Below, in pieces: positions 54,901 through 63,117 of a stretch of DNA of 64,000 nucleotides. The notes under the pieces were generated by a model. It was not told the DNA's origin. It was given only the letters and a program-made list of their open reading frames with translations, and searched no databases. Positions within the stretch are counted from its first letter, which is position 1. The number at the start of each line of letters is the position of its first letter. This stretch comes from a virus (lineage: Duplodnaviria; Caudoviricetes): the IMG/VR virus record IMGVR_UViG_3300011115_000233, positions 462 to 64,461 of that record; one strand, given 5' to 3'. The translations under genes and the position numbers were made by a program.

Positions 54901-57900
54901 CGTCATATTCTTCCAGTTAGAGTCTAGGGCATCAAGCTTACCCGCAATACCCCGAGCTTGGAAAAACATAGCTCCGCCCGTGATATTGATCTCAGCCGCC
55001 GTGTGGCTACTCGCCAGTTTCCGCTCCTCGCGCCTTGCGCTTGCCTCTTGACGCTTATTCTTCTTATTGGCCTTACCAGCCATGTACTTGTTAGGGACCG
55101 ATGGCATGTACTTTGACATGTCGGGTTGCGGGAATTTGATAGCTTCTGAACCCTCAGGTGCCCATGCAGCAAGCCTGCGGGACATGAAGTAGTCCATCCA
55201 CTCTTGGTCGATCCCAATGCGGCTTGCACGACTAGAAGCTTCATCGGGGTCCATGGCCATGAGTTCACGGTTGGTGTACAGACCGAGTTCTTTCAGGAAC
55301 GTCTTAGCCGCATCTGCGGGCACACGAATGCGGTCAAAGCCCGCCATGTAGCGCAGGCCCTTGATGACCGTGCTTTCGCGGTTTTCGTCTATAACGCGGT
55401 CATGAGCCATAGCCAGAATGGAGCGCACTTCGGCGTCGGAGTAGTCCAGCGTCATACCGATGCGGCGACCGAAGTCCTTGATGACAGCGGCGATCTTAGC
55501 CCAGACAGACGCATTTACACGGCCATCTTCCGACTGCTCTGCGAGCACTTCTTCCAACGCACGCAGGTTAGGGTTGCTATCGTTAGCGTAGACACCGGGA
55601 TTGTCCGCAAGCCACTGGTCAGCCTGCTCGCGCAGGGTCTTGTTACCCTTGTAAATCTGGGAGAGAACGTCGTTAAGGCGCGTGTTGAACAGCGCACGGA
55701 GGCCAAGGTGGCCCAGTGCCTCATGGTAGATAGCAGAGTTTGCATCTTCCAGCGTATCGATGTTGCTGGCGATGAAGTAGATTGTGCCATCTGGGGACAC
55801 AAAAGCAGGCACGCCTCCCATACCATCGCGCTCAAGCGCACGGCGCAGCTTCGCCGGAAGCTCGTCAATCGTACCAATAACCTTGGTACCGATCTTAGCG
55901 CGCCAGTTCTTCGTGATGCTCTTGATGTGATCTACAAGGGCATCGACGGCCATACCGGCAGTGGCCTTTCCACTGCGGCTGGCTTGGTAGACATTAGCGC
56001 CGATAGCTTCGTCTAGATCGTTCTCGATTTCCTCAAGAGTTCCGCGCTTAGTGCTAAGCTTAAACTTCAGTGCGTTATACGCAGCCTTAGTGATGGAGGG
56101 CTTAACCTGCTCCTCAGTATCTTCATCGAAATACCCCAGACCAGCACGGTCGATTTCAGCCTTTAGCTTGGCTTCCTTGTCTTCTGGTGCCTCTTCGAGT
56201 TCTCCCTCGGGTGCAGTTTCAACGGGTGCTGGCGCAGCTTCAGGCGCAGCTTCCGCTACCGCAGGCGCAGCTTCAGGCGCAGCTTCAGGCGCAGCTTCAG
56301 GCGCAGCTTCAGGCGCAGCTTCAGGCGCAGCTTCCGCTACCGCAGGTGCCCCTTGCAGGCTGCTTGCCCAGCCTGCTCCAGACTTATAGGCTTCAAGGAA
56401 TGCAGGACCTTGTTTCTCAAGGATCAACTCATCCGGCAGGAAGTCACGCCCCTGCATTACATCCCGTGCACCCTCAGTGAACATCCCATCATCGAGGCCA
56501 CGCTGAGCGGCTTCTTGCCGTGCAAATAGCATGGGGTTCGCCATGATCTCTTCACGTGTCGGCGCTGGTGCGGGCGTCGGTGCAGGTTCTACCGCGACAT
56601 CTTCGGGTGTAATGTCTGCTACAGTATTAGCAGGTAACGGAGGTAGCGGAGGTAGCTCTTCCGGCACAGGTGCAGGTGCAATGGTGGGTGCAGGTTCGGG
56701 AGCAATACCCAAGTCCTTGGCCGCAGCTTCTGCAACGGACGGCACCACACTAGCAGGGTCAGGCTGTACAGCAGCCTTGATAGCATCAGCCACAGGAGCT
56801 TTAGCTTGTTCCTCAACGGTTGGACCCGTAGGCGCTGCTGGCACGGGGGCGACGGTGGGAGCCGCCTTGGTTTCACCGCGCAGAGTTGCACCGCGCTGGA
56901 GAACATTGTCGATAGCGTCATAGGGATCAACTCCCTCAACTACCATCTTTGCAGCCTGCCTCTTCTGCACATCATTAAGTGCATCGACATTGTAATCTTC
57001 GAAGTCGAAGTAGTTGTCGGCAAACACTTTCTCGACGGTCGGGATAGCAGCCGTGACCTCTTTAGCGGTAGCCTTCTTCAGTGGACGCTGCTGAACTCCT
57101 TCGCCCCCAATATCTGGTCCAGCAGTAGTGTCACCAGCTCCCACTGGTCCAGTGTCAGTTTCCCCAACGCCTCCGGCCACATCAAGGGGTCCTGCCCCCA
57201 CACCACCAGAAACGCTTGGCTCAGCTCCTCCGGTGTTAGTTGTATCGTCTGTGCTAGGCTCATTGGTATTCCTCCGCGCTGCCATAAAGTCTTCGACATC
57301 TCGCCGTGCTTTTAGGTTAGCTTCGTTTTCGGATAAGCCTTCGGATTTATACCGTGCAACAGCCTTTTCATAAGCTTCCCCCACGCCACCGGAGGCAGCA
57401 TCGAACTCGGCATTACGGCGCTCTTCTTCGTCAATCCGCGCTTGGCGCTCGTCCGTAACTTGCCTACGCCCAGCCATGGCGTCAATACCGCCACCAAAGA
57501 TACCACCAAGCGTGCCTTCATAAGCAGCCTGTTCAAGCACACCCTTCCAAGTGTCGGTCGGGAAGCCAGCGCGCTCTTGAGCGAGGTTCTGTGCAAGCCG
57601 TTCCTGCCCAGCCTGAACACCTTCAGGGATACCTTCGACAATAGCACCTTCTGCTGTGCGGCGAAAAATACCCTTACCTGCTTCTTCAGCTACTTCCTGC
57701 CCTGCTGCCTTCGCAGCCACACGGGCCGCAGCTTGTTCAGCCAAATCTTTTGCAACCGTACCACCAAGCCACTTACCAAGAGCAGGACCGGCACCAGTTG
57801 CGTTAGCGATACCCCCGATGACACCGCCAAGGGCAATCATATCAAGGTTCTTGCCGCCGTAGGACTGTGCGTCATCTGCAATCTTTTGAGCCTGTGCATC

Positions 57901-58596
57901 GGAAAGACCAGCCTGTTTGGCACGTGCAAGCGTAGCGTCGTAGATGTCGCCCTTAATCATACCAGCGCCTGAGACGGCACCCACGGCTCCAAGTGCAGCG
58001 AGAGGAGCACCAGCGGCAGCGGCAGCGGCAAACGGAGCAGCAGTACCTAGCAAGTTAGACGCAACGTCAATAGGATGGCGCAAGAACGCCTTACCCGCAG
58101 CACCAGCGCTTTCGAAGAAGCCTTCGGCCTTAGCCATTTCCTCTGCGTCTTTGGCAGTATCTGCACGGGCTTCAGCGGAGCGCATTTCGTCTGCGGCTTT
58201 ACCAAAGTCAGCAATCCCACGGGACACGGCGTTGTTAGCACCGGCAACATCGCTGAAAGTCTTACCGATGGTAGCCACACCCGACATAAGACCAAGCGGA
58301 ACGTCCGCTATACCCGACAGCACACCCCCAACGACAGGGATTTCCTCAATCGGGCTAGGAGCAAACTTCTCCTCTTTTTTCTTCTGTTCAGGTGCGGGAG
58401 CAGGCGTAGATGCAGCCTCTACTGGCTTCCAGTTCTTCTGCTCGTTAGGGTCGCCACCCTTAAAGACATACCCACCCGAAACCGTACCGGGCTTAGGCAC
58501 AGGGACGGGAGCAATTTCCCAGTTCTTCTGGTCGTTTGGGTTACCACCTTTAAACCGGTATCCATCGACGACTGCGCCAACCTTAGGTACCGGCAT
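51958..58596 (-). CDS. Giant internal virion/ejection protein (large polyvalent-protein-like) with zincin-like domain
   Basis: 2212 aa; two N-terminal GYxFKGGxPNxQKNW repeats, Ala/Gly hydrophobic region, EAAP linker, HEALGH...LEEVLAE motif. Confidence 0.7.
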   Translation of the reverse strand: MPVPKVGAVVDGYRFKGGNPNDQKNWEIAPVPVPKPGTVSGGYVFKGGDPNEQKNWKPVEAASTPAPAPEQKKKEEKFAPSPIEEIPVVGGVLSGIADVPLGLMSGVATIGKTFSDVAGANNAVSRGIADFGKAADEMRSAEARADTAKDAEEMAKAEGFFESAGAAGKAFLRHPIDVASNLLGTAAPFAAAAAAGAPLAALGAVGAVSGAGMIKGDIYDATLARAKQAGLSDAQAQKIADDAQSYGGKNLDMIALGGVIGGIANATGAGPALGKWLGGTVAKDLAEQAAARVAAKAAGQEVAEEAGKGIFRRTAEGAIVEGIPEGVQAGQERLAQNLAQERAGFPTDTWKGVLEQAAYEGTLGGIFGGGIDAMAGRRQVTDERQARIDEEERRNAEFDAASGGVGEAYEKAVARYKSEGLSENEANLKARRDVEDFMAARRNTNEPSTDDTTNTGGAEPSVSGGVGAGPLDVAGGVGETDTGPVGAGDTTAGPDIGGEGVQQRPLKKATAKEVTAAIPTVEKVFADNYFDFEDYNVDALNDVQKRQAAKMVVEGVDPYDAIDNVLQRGATLRGETKAAPTVAPVPAAPTGPTVEEQAKAPVADAIKAAVQPDPASVVPSVAEAAAKDLGIAPEPAPTIAPAPVPEELPPLPPLPANTVADITPEDVAVEPAPTPAPAPTREEIMANPMLFARQEAAQRGLDDGMFTEGARDVMQGRDFLPDELILEKQGPAFLEAYKSGAGWASSLQGAPAVAEAAPEAAPEAAPEAAPEAAPEAAPAVAEAAPEAAPAPVETAPEGELEEAPEDKEAKLKAEIDRAGLGYFDEDTEEQVKPSITKAAYNALKFKLSTKRGTLEEIENDLDEAIGANVYQASRSGKATAGMAVDALVDHIKSITKNWRAKIGTKVIGTIDELPAKLRRALERDGMGGVPAFVSPDGTIYFIASNIDTLEDANSAIYHEALGHLGLRALFNTRLNDVLSQIYKGNKTLREQADQWLADNPGVYANDSNPNLRALEEVLAEQSEDGRVNASVWAKIAAVIKDFGRRIGMTLDYSDAEVRSILAMAHDRVIDENRESTVIKGLRYMAGFDRIRVPADAAKTFLKELGLYTNRELMAMDPDEASSRASRIGIDQEWMDYFMSRRLAAWAPEGSEAIKFPQPDMSKYMPSVPNKYMAGKANKKNKRQEASARREERKLASSHTAAEINITGGAMFFQARGIAGKLDALDSNWKNMTDKSRRFILGYLTYSRDLIRMVSKLSPPVARKLSHINELLNRMDGFRNKMLKDLTYNHLRYTKFNAKFKDGGNLLADLINSSTENSVDPRHPSLAAAMAADPKLIDLIKEGASDERINNRKATIKRVYDRYEKLGTPEMGNGEGQRLYEMVMGGYERSFENEYNATVATITSSGLPADRIKQAVDELKKRYDAAKKNAPYAPLFRAGNYWVRIGKGKNRDVKRVENGAAYQQLIKDGIRELQRRGDKRSAEEIRADDSVFSYGEDIEGLEADFMRSEPSAVLKNVLIEIDKGGMADAKMVKDMVFQLYVASLPKGSNLENWQHRQNISGYSADTLRAYVDTQTSTINRLTHLKYASDIRRTIGEAYGLMSKNPNRDQLQPYVDEMAIRVAETFNPNTGKLDTMARLANKATFFYLLTSLKSAMVQFFQLPTIALPALGARYGYPQTAAVAARYMATIGNKFGTTKVDEGGNVVTNWGQPTMGDSKYINENKDPEMRDALQYAWKDAEERGILGTTYAGEMVDRKSGPSDKYKTRPQRMAKWGFDFFTGGIHHAERIAREIAYMSAFELDYAKRRKSGMDPKTAMAIAADTAADLTLEVMFDYAESSKPRAMKGPIGRVALQFWSFPIQITSMLTRTALGTISLMPNPERKVAAKQLFGTLGMTWMFAGAVGMPGYSFMMGLMTSLLAAAGLGDDDDDDEYNPLNSRNLDLWFREKFLPEYFGPDSDLANDLGLDKEQAQELTRAVKMGPISSATGLNFGSSVGLDGLFFRDDTPVDTDEEALRSLWYTMSLGATGSVVRNLVRGGQYMRDGEWQRAAENITPAPFRNVLIAKRLGSEGYVTPTTQDVVAPVEEYTWGLLVGQAAGFGRTDVADMQKSNLIAKKVVTQIEKERSDYLDKLDKAYRDIDLGRTTGEQAQDKVNAIWRDIDKWHKQTGYIHTIEFENVGDSLKTRAEDRAGSMQGLRVPDKYAPYVRGMLEDNR
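56231..56346. repeat. 12-bp tandem repeat (GGCGCAGCTTCA) encoding an EAAP linker
   Basis: About 8 near-perfect units, with two PAVA-coding interruptions. Confidence 0.85.
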
Positions 58597-58599
58597 TTA

Positions 58600-60252
58600 C
58601 TACCCCCCGTAATTCTGTTCCCAAGGCTTACCGCCCTGTGCACCTGCACCTGCACCACCAGCACCGCTCTGCGCCATTTTCAGATATATCGCAAGGAGCT
58701 GATTTGCACGGTCTTGTAGCATCTTATCCTTAACGGCTTGATCCGGCTCTTCACGATACTTACCGTTCTGGACCAGTTCCGCTTGGGCAGACTCCCAAGC
58801 TTTTCCGACTGCTCCCTTATATATTGCATTTTCTTGTGCGCTGCTATTGGCCACGGCTGCGTCGTAGCCCTTATTTGCATTATAGACACTAGCGTCATAA
58901 GATAGCTTCTGACCACTGCGCTGCGTCTCGTCCTGCATCTTATTGGTAGCCCAAGAGAGGCCGCGTGTGAGGTCCTTATCCTTAAGGTCGAGTTCCGTCT
59001 TTCCAAAGTCGATCATGAACTTAACGCGTTCACGGGCTTCGGCGTTCTCGATACCTTCGATCTCTGCATACTGGGTAAGCAGCTTATCGGCACGTGCTTC
59101 ACGATCTTTCTTAGCCTGCCTAGCACCCGGAAGGGCGGCACTCGCAGCAGCACCAACAGCCTGCAAGAAGTTCGGTGAATTGGAGCCAGCGATGTTGAAC
59201 CCAATCTCAGCCAGAGTGGACCACTTGTCGTAGTCCTTTTCCTTCTTCTGGCTTTCTTCTGACATCTGCTCTTGGACACGTGCCTTCATCTTATCCCGAG
59301 CCTCGGTCTTGGGCTTAGGCATAAACTTGTCGTAGAACTCACCAGCATGTTCATATGCAAGGGGCATCTGGTCTGCAAGCTTACCACCGGGCACATCCAT
59401 AGGAGCTTGTGGGTTAGCTGCTTGTGCGGGATTAAGAAGCGTAGGACGACCGGACTTAGCTATCCCCGGACCCGGTTCAATATGCACATGGTCGCCTTCA
59501 TTAATGACGTCGTACTGCGAACCAAACTGGCCTTTAAGCTTACTATGCAGCGCAGCCATGCTCATGCCGGGAGGTGGCACAAAGTCACGGGCGTCATCCG
59601 TTAGGTGGTAGCTATTCGATGTTCCGCCTACTTCCGCATTTTTAGCAGCCGAGCGCTGGCGGCTTGTAACCCCAAGACCGGGAATAGCCTTAGTAGCTGT
59701 ATCTTCAAAGTAGCTACCAAAACCGCCGCCAGCAAAAGCAACGATACCGCCATTAGCATAGCTGCCGTTGTCAGGTTCATCGAACATACCTGACGGAATG
59801 GGGACATCAGAAAGCCCACCGCCCATAGCATATGGAGGGACCATACCACCTTCGGCCATACCCATCGGCGCTTCTTCAGCGGGCATCTCAGGCGCAGCCA
59901 TCTCAGGTGCGGGCATGTCGGGCATAGGAGCCATCTGCGCAGCTTCCGGCGTAGCGCCAAGACCAGCAGGAGCACCACCCATAGGAGGAGCACTCATGGG
60001 GGCAGGTGGAAGACCACCTTGCGGAGGTGCAGGCGGAGCGGGGGGTGCAAACGTCTTCTGGGCTACCGTCTGTTGAGGAGCCTGTTCTGCCTGCGCAGCC
60101 GACCGCATACGGTCAATAAACATACCCGCCAACGTGCCAGCCGTGGGGTCAATGATCCCCATCTGCATGGCTTCAGCGATCTTCTGCTTATTGCCCCCAT
60201 AGTCCTTGGCAATCTGCTCTGGGGACTGAAGGTTGTATGGCTTAGTTTCCAT
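58600..60252 (-). CDS. Ejection protein with peptidase M15-like peptidoglycan hydrolase domain
   Basis: VTSRQRS...N..VGG..NSYHLTDDARDF...EGDHVHIE. Confidence 0.7.
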   Translation of the reverse strand: METKPYNLQSPEQIAKDYGGNKQKIAEAMQMGIIDPTAGTLAGMFIDRMRSAAQAEQAPQQTVAQKTFAPPAPPAPPQGGLPPAPMSAPPMGGAPAGLGATPEAAQMAPMPDMPAPEMAAPEMPAEEAPMGMAEGGMVPPYAMGGGLSDVPIPSGMFDEPDNGSYANGGIVAFAGGGFGSYFEDTATKAIPGLGVTSRQRSAAKNAEVGGTSNSYHLTDDARDFVPPPGMSMAALHSKLKGQFGSQYDVINEGDHVHIEPGPGIAKSGRPTLLNPAQAANPQAPMDVPGGKLADQMPLAYEHAGEFYDKFMPKPKTEARDKMKARVQEQMSEESQKKEKDYDKWSTLAEIGFNIAGSNSPNFLQAVGAAASAALPGARQAKKDREARADKLLTQYAEIEGIENAEARERVKFMIDFGKTELDLKDKDLTRGLSWATNKMQDETQRSGQKLSYDASVYNANKGYDAAVANSSAQENAIYKGAVGKAWESAQAELVQNGKYREEPDQAVKDKMLQDRANQLLAIYLKMAQSGAGGAGAGAQGGKPWEQNYGG

Positions 60253-60255
60253 CTA

Positions 60256-61371
60256 CTATGGTCCCCCGAACATTTTAGCAGTGCTGTATATACCAAGCCC
60301 CGCACCCATAAGCTGCTGACCGATACCCGGCGCTGGCGCACTGGATGTTGCCGTACTGTTTGTAGCCTGCGGCACAGCACCTAGGATGTTCATATACTGC
60401 TGAAGCCGCTGGTATGGATCGTTAGCTGCCTTCTGGAAGTCTGCATAATCAAGATCGCGCTGCTGCTGGTTAAGTGCTTGTTCCTGCGCCGCCGTTGACT
60501 GCTGCATCCCAAGGCGCTGGGCATCCGCCTGCTGCTGGGCCGAACCAATGTTCGATAGTGTCTGAGCCATGTTACCCGCAGCTTCGTAACCCTTAAGGCC
60601 AAGCTCAGAACCGAACTGACGAGACTGCTCACTGAGGCGCTGCTGCTCAAGGTCAGTTTTCTGGTTGGCAAGGGCAGCTTCAAGACCCGACTTGGTCCCT
60701 AGCTCCTGCACACCAAGTGCTGCATTAAGATTAGCTTGGTTAACGTTAAAGCCCGCTGCGCGGTCACGTTCGAACTGCTGCTGCGCATTCTCGTACGCTT
60801 CTTGCTGGCCCTTAGCCTGAATGTCACCCATCAAGCGGCCAAGATCACGCTCACGACCAAGACCGGCAATAAGCTGACGGCTACCACCGTAGGTGCCCTG
60901 ACGTGCTGCACCCAAGTTCTGCATCAACTGGGTCTGCTGGGCATCTTCTTGGGCACGACGCTTTTGAACATCCAGAACATTCTGGAAGTAAGGCGACATA
61001 TACTGCTGGGCTTGGTCGTTACCGAACTTCTCAGCTTGGTTCATCTGGTACATGTTAAGGTTCGGGTTTTGAACCGTCTGCATGTTGAACTGCGTAGGGT
61101 CGTAGTTACCAGCATTGAGCGCCCCAACCCCAGCCTGATTTGCTAGGTTGGTAGCCGAACCAAACTGGCCCGGTGTCTGCATTCCAGCGACTTCGCCCTG
61201 AAGCTTCTTCTGCTGGTCTGTGAACCCTTCTAGACGATCACGGTCATAGATAGGCGTTGGGGCCGTGAGCAGCCCCTGCGCAGTCTGCATCGCAGTGTTA
61301 TAATATGGAAGCTGTGCCGCACCGATGTTCGATGTGGTCTGCGTTATCTGTTGTACTTGTGGCTTACCCAT
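60256..61371 (-). CDS. DNA ejection/pilot protein
   Basis: Gln/Ala-rich; YMSPY.QNV.D, G.YGGSRQ, C-terminal Gly-rich hydrophobic tail. Confidence 0.65.
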   Translation of the reverse strand: MGKPQVQQITQTTSNIGAAQLPYYNTAMQTAQGLLTAPTPIYDRDRLEGFTDQQKKLQGEVAGMQTPGQFGSATNLANQAGVGALNAGNYDPTQFNMQTVQNPNLNMYQMNQAEKFGNDQAQQYMSPYFQNVLDVQKRRAQEDAQQTQLMQNLGAARQGTYGGSRQLIAGLGRERDLGRLMGDIQAKGQQEAYENAQQQFERDRAAGFNVNQANLNAALGVQELGTKSGLEAALANQKTDLEQQRLSEQSRQFGSELGLKGYEAAGNMAQTLSNIGSAQQQADAQRLGMQQSTAAQEQALNQQQRDLDYADFQKAANDPYQRLQQYMNILGAVPQATNSTATSSAPAPGIGQQLMGAGLGIYSTAKMFGGP

Positions 61372-61413
61372 TACAAACCCCTACCATATGAGCGATAACG
61401 CGTCACTTACAAA

Positions 61414-62805
61414 TCACGCCAACCCGCGAACTAGCTTGGTGTCCTGCCCACGCCCTGCCTTCTTACGTGCCTTATGTGCTTTGTCCATAAGAGCGTAGAG
61501 CTTATCTGCACCACGCTGAGGGTTGCCTTTACCAATACGACGTACGGCATCTGCTGGCACAATCACTTCATCCCGAGCGACACGAGCAGGCTGATCCCTA
61601 CCAATACGAGCAGGTACGCTATCACTGACTCCATCGCCCTGACCTTGTACTGGGCGACCACCAATGCGACGGAGAGCTTCCATACCTGCATTGCTGCTAC
61701 CATTCCCGATTTCAGACACCGTGCGGGCGTCGAGCACAAAGGCTCCATCGGACAATTCAACTTCACCCCCATGGGCATAGCCAGTGTTGGGGTCAATGCC
61801 CCCCTGATACTCAACCGGCACATAGTTGTACATCGGCTGACCCTTCTTGGCCTTCGGGTTTAGCATAGGCTGCATGATCTGTGTGCCGCGCACGGTGTGT
61901 GACCCCGGCTGTACGACCTGACCCATAGTGTTATAGGTCTCGGGCATATCTACTTCGAAGAAACGACGCTGCTTCGACGAAAGAGGACCGTTAGGGTCCA
62001 TGATTTGCTTTCTATCCTGCGTGTAGTACGGACCCTGATAAGAGTTGTCGATTGCCTCAGACGACGTGCCGCCCGCACCGGGCCTAGACATTGCGCCACT
62101 CACACCCTGCATAAGCCCTGATGCAGCCAGCATGGGAGCGGCCTTGGAAATAAAGCCCGGAGTACCCGCAGGAAGGCCAGCACGAGCAGCCTGACCAAAG
62201 CGCTGAGCGAGACCAGCAAGACCAGTCTTAGCCGCAACAGTACTAGCAGCCGTGGCAGGTGCAACCGAAGCTGCAAGGCTAGGAGCCGCAGCACTAGCAA
62301 TGTTCATAGCCGCAGGCGCGGCATTAGCGGCAACACCCCCTGCAATATTTAGCGGAGCAGCGGCACCTAGACCCGCAGCAGTCGAAGTGGGAATTGCAGT
62401 AGCGCCAGCAGTCGAAAGCCCAGTAGCAGCAGTTTTGGCAAGAGCGCCCGTAGCCGTTGGGAACGCAGCGCCAGCGAGAGACGCGCCGCCATAAGCCTGA
62501 AGACCAGCCATCAGACCCTTCTTGAGGCTACCTGTGGCAGCGGTAGAGCCAGCAGCAACGAGACCCGCAGACAGAAGCGGTCCAACACCGGGGATAAAAT
62601 TAAGCCCAATACCAAGCAGTGTAGGTAGAAGCTTCTTAAGGAACCCGGCTTCTGGGAGACCCGTGTGCGGGTTAATAGTCAAGGAGCCACCATGCGCCAG
62701 AGCTAGACCCTGAAGGCTGTTCACCTCATTGGGTGTCATGTGCACGAGCATGGTATCTTCGCCGCGTCCCTGCGACTGGATATGCTGCGCCATCTGATGG
62801 TTCAT
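61414..62805 (-). CDS. Internal virion protein
   Basis: GRGEDTMLVHM...TINPHTGLPEA N-domain; GDGVSDSVPA C-domain. Confidence 0.65.
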   Translation of the reverse strand: MNHQMAQHIQSQGRGEDTMLVHMTPNEVNSLQGLALAHGGSLTINPHTGLPEAGFLKKLLPTLLGIGLNFIPGVGPLLSAGLVAAGSTAATGSLKKGLMAGLQAYGGASLAGAAFPTATGALAKTAATGLSTAGATAIPTSTAAGLGAAAPLNIAGGVAANAAPAAMNIASAAAPSLAASVAPATAASTVAAKTGLAGLAQRFGQAARAGLPAGTPGFISKAAPMLAASGLMQGVSGAMSRPGAGGTSSEAIDNSYQGPYYTQDRKQIMDPNGPLSSKQRRFFEVDMPETYNTMGQVVQPGSHTVRGTQIMQPMLNPKAKKGQPMYNYVPVEYQGGIDPNTGYAHGGEVELSDGAFVLDARTVSEIGNGSSNAGMEALRRIGGRPVQGQGDGVSDSVPARIGRDQPARVARDEVIVPADAVRRIGKGNPQRGADKLYALMDKAHKARKKAGRGQDTKLVRGLA

Positions 62806-62814
62806 CGTTAATTC

Positions 62815-63117
62815 CTATACCGAAGTCACGGTCTGCCAAGCAGAGCCACTATATACACAAAGTTTACCGAGGTCAGTATCAAAAACTACCCATCCCGCGC
62901 TAGGAGTAAGCGCGTTCTTTTCTACCGTGGTCACGTTCTTTGTGGCGGCAATACCATTGAACGTATCTGCTGTATATTTTTGAGCGTTGTTAGGTGTACG
63001 CGAGTCAAGCTGGGAGAAGTAGTTCTCTATAACGCGCAGTACCTGCCGCATATACTGTGCATCCCACTTGGGTGGTGGGTTAGGCAACGGCGGAAACCGG
63101 AACTTGTCCATAGCCAT
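62815..63117 (-). CDS. Small tail-associated protein
   Basis: Likely start MAMDKF at 63117, coupled to the upstream stop. Confidence 0.6.
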   Translation of the reverse strand: MAMDKFRFPPLPNPPPKWDAQYMRQVLRVIENYFSQLDSRTPNNAQKYTADTFNGIAATKNVTTVEKNALTPSAGWVVFDTDLGKLCVYSGSAWQTVTSV

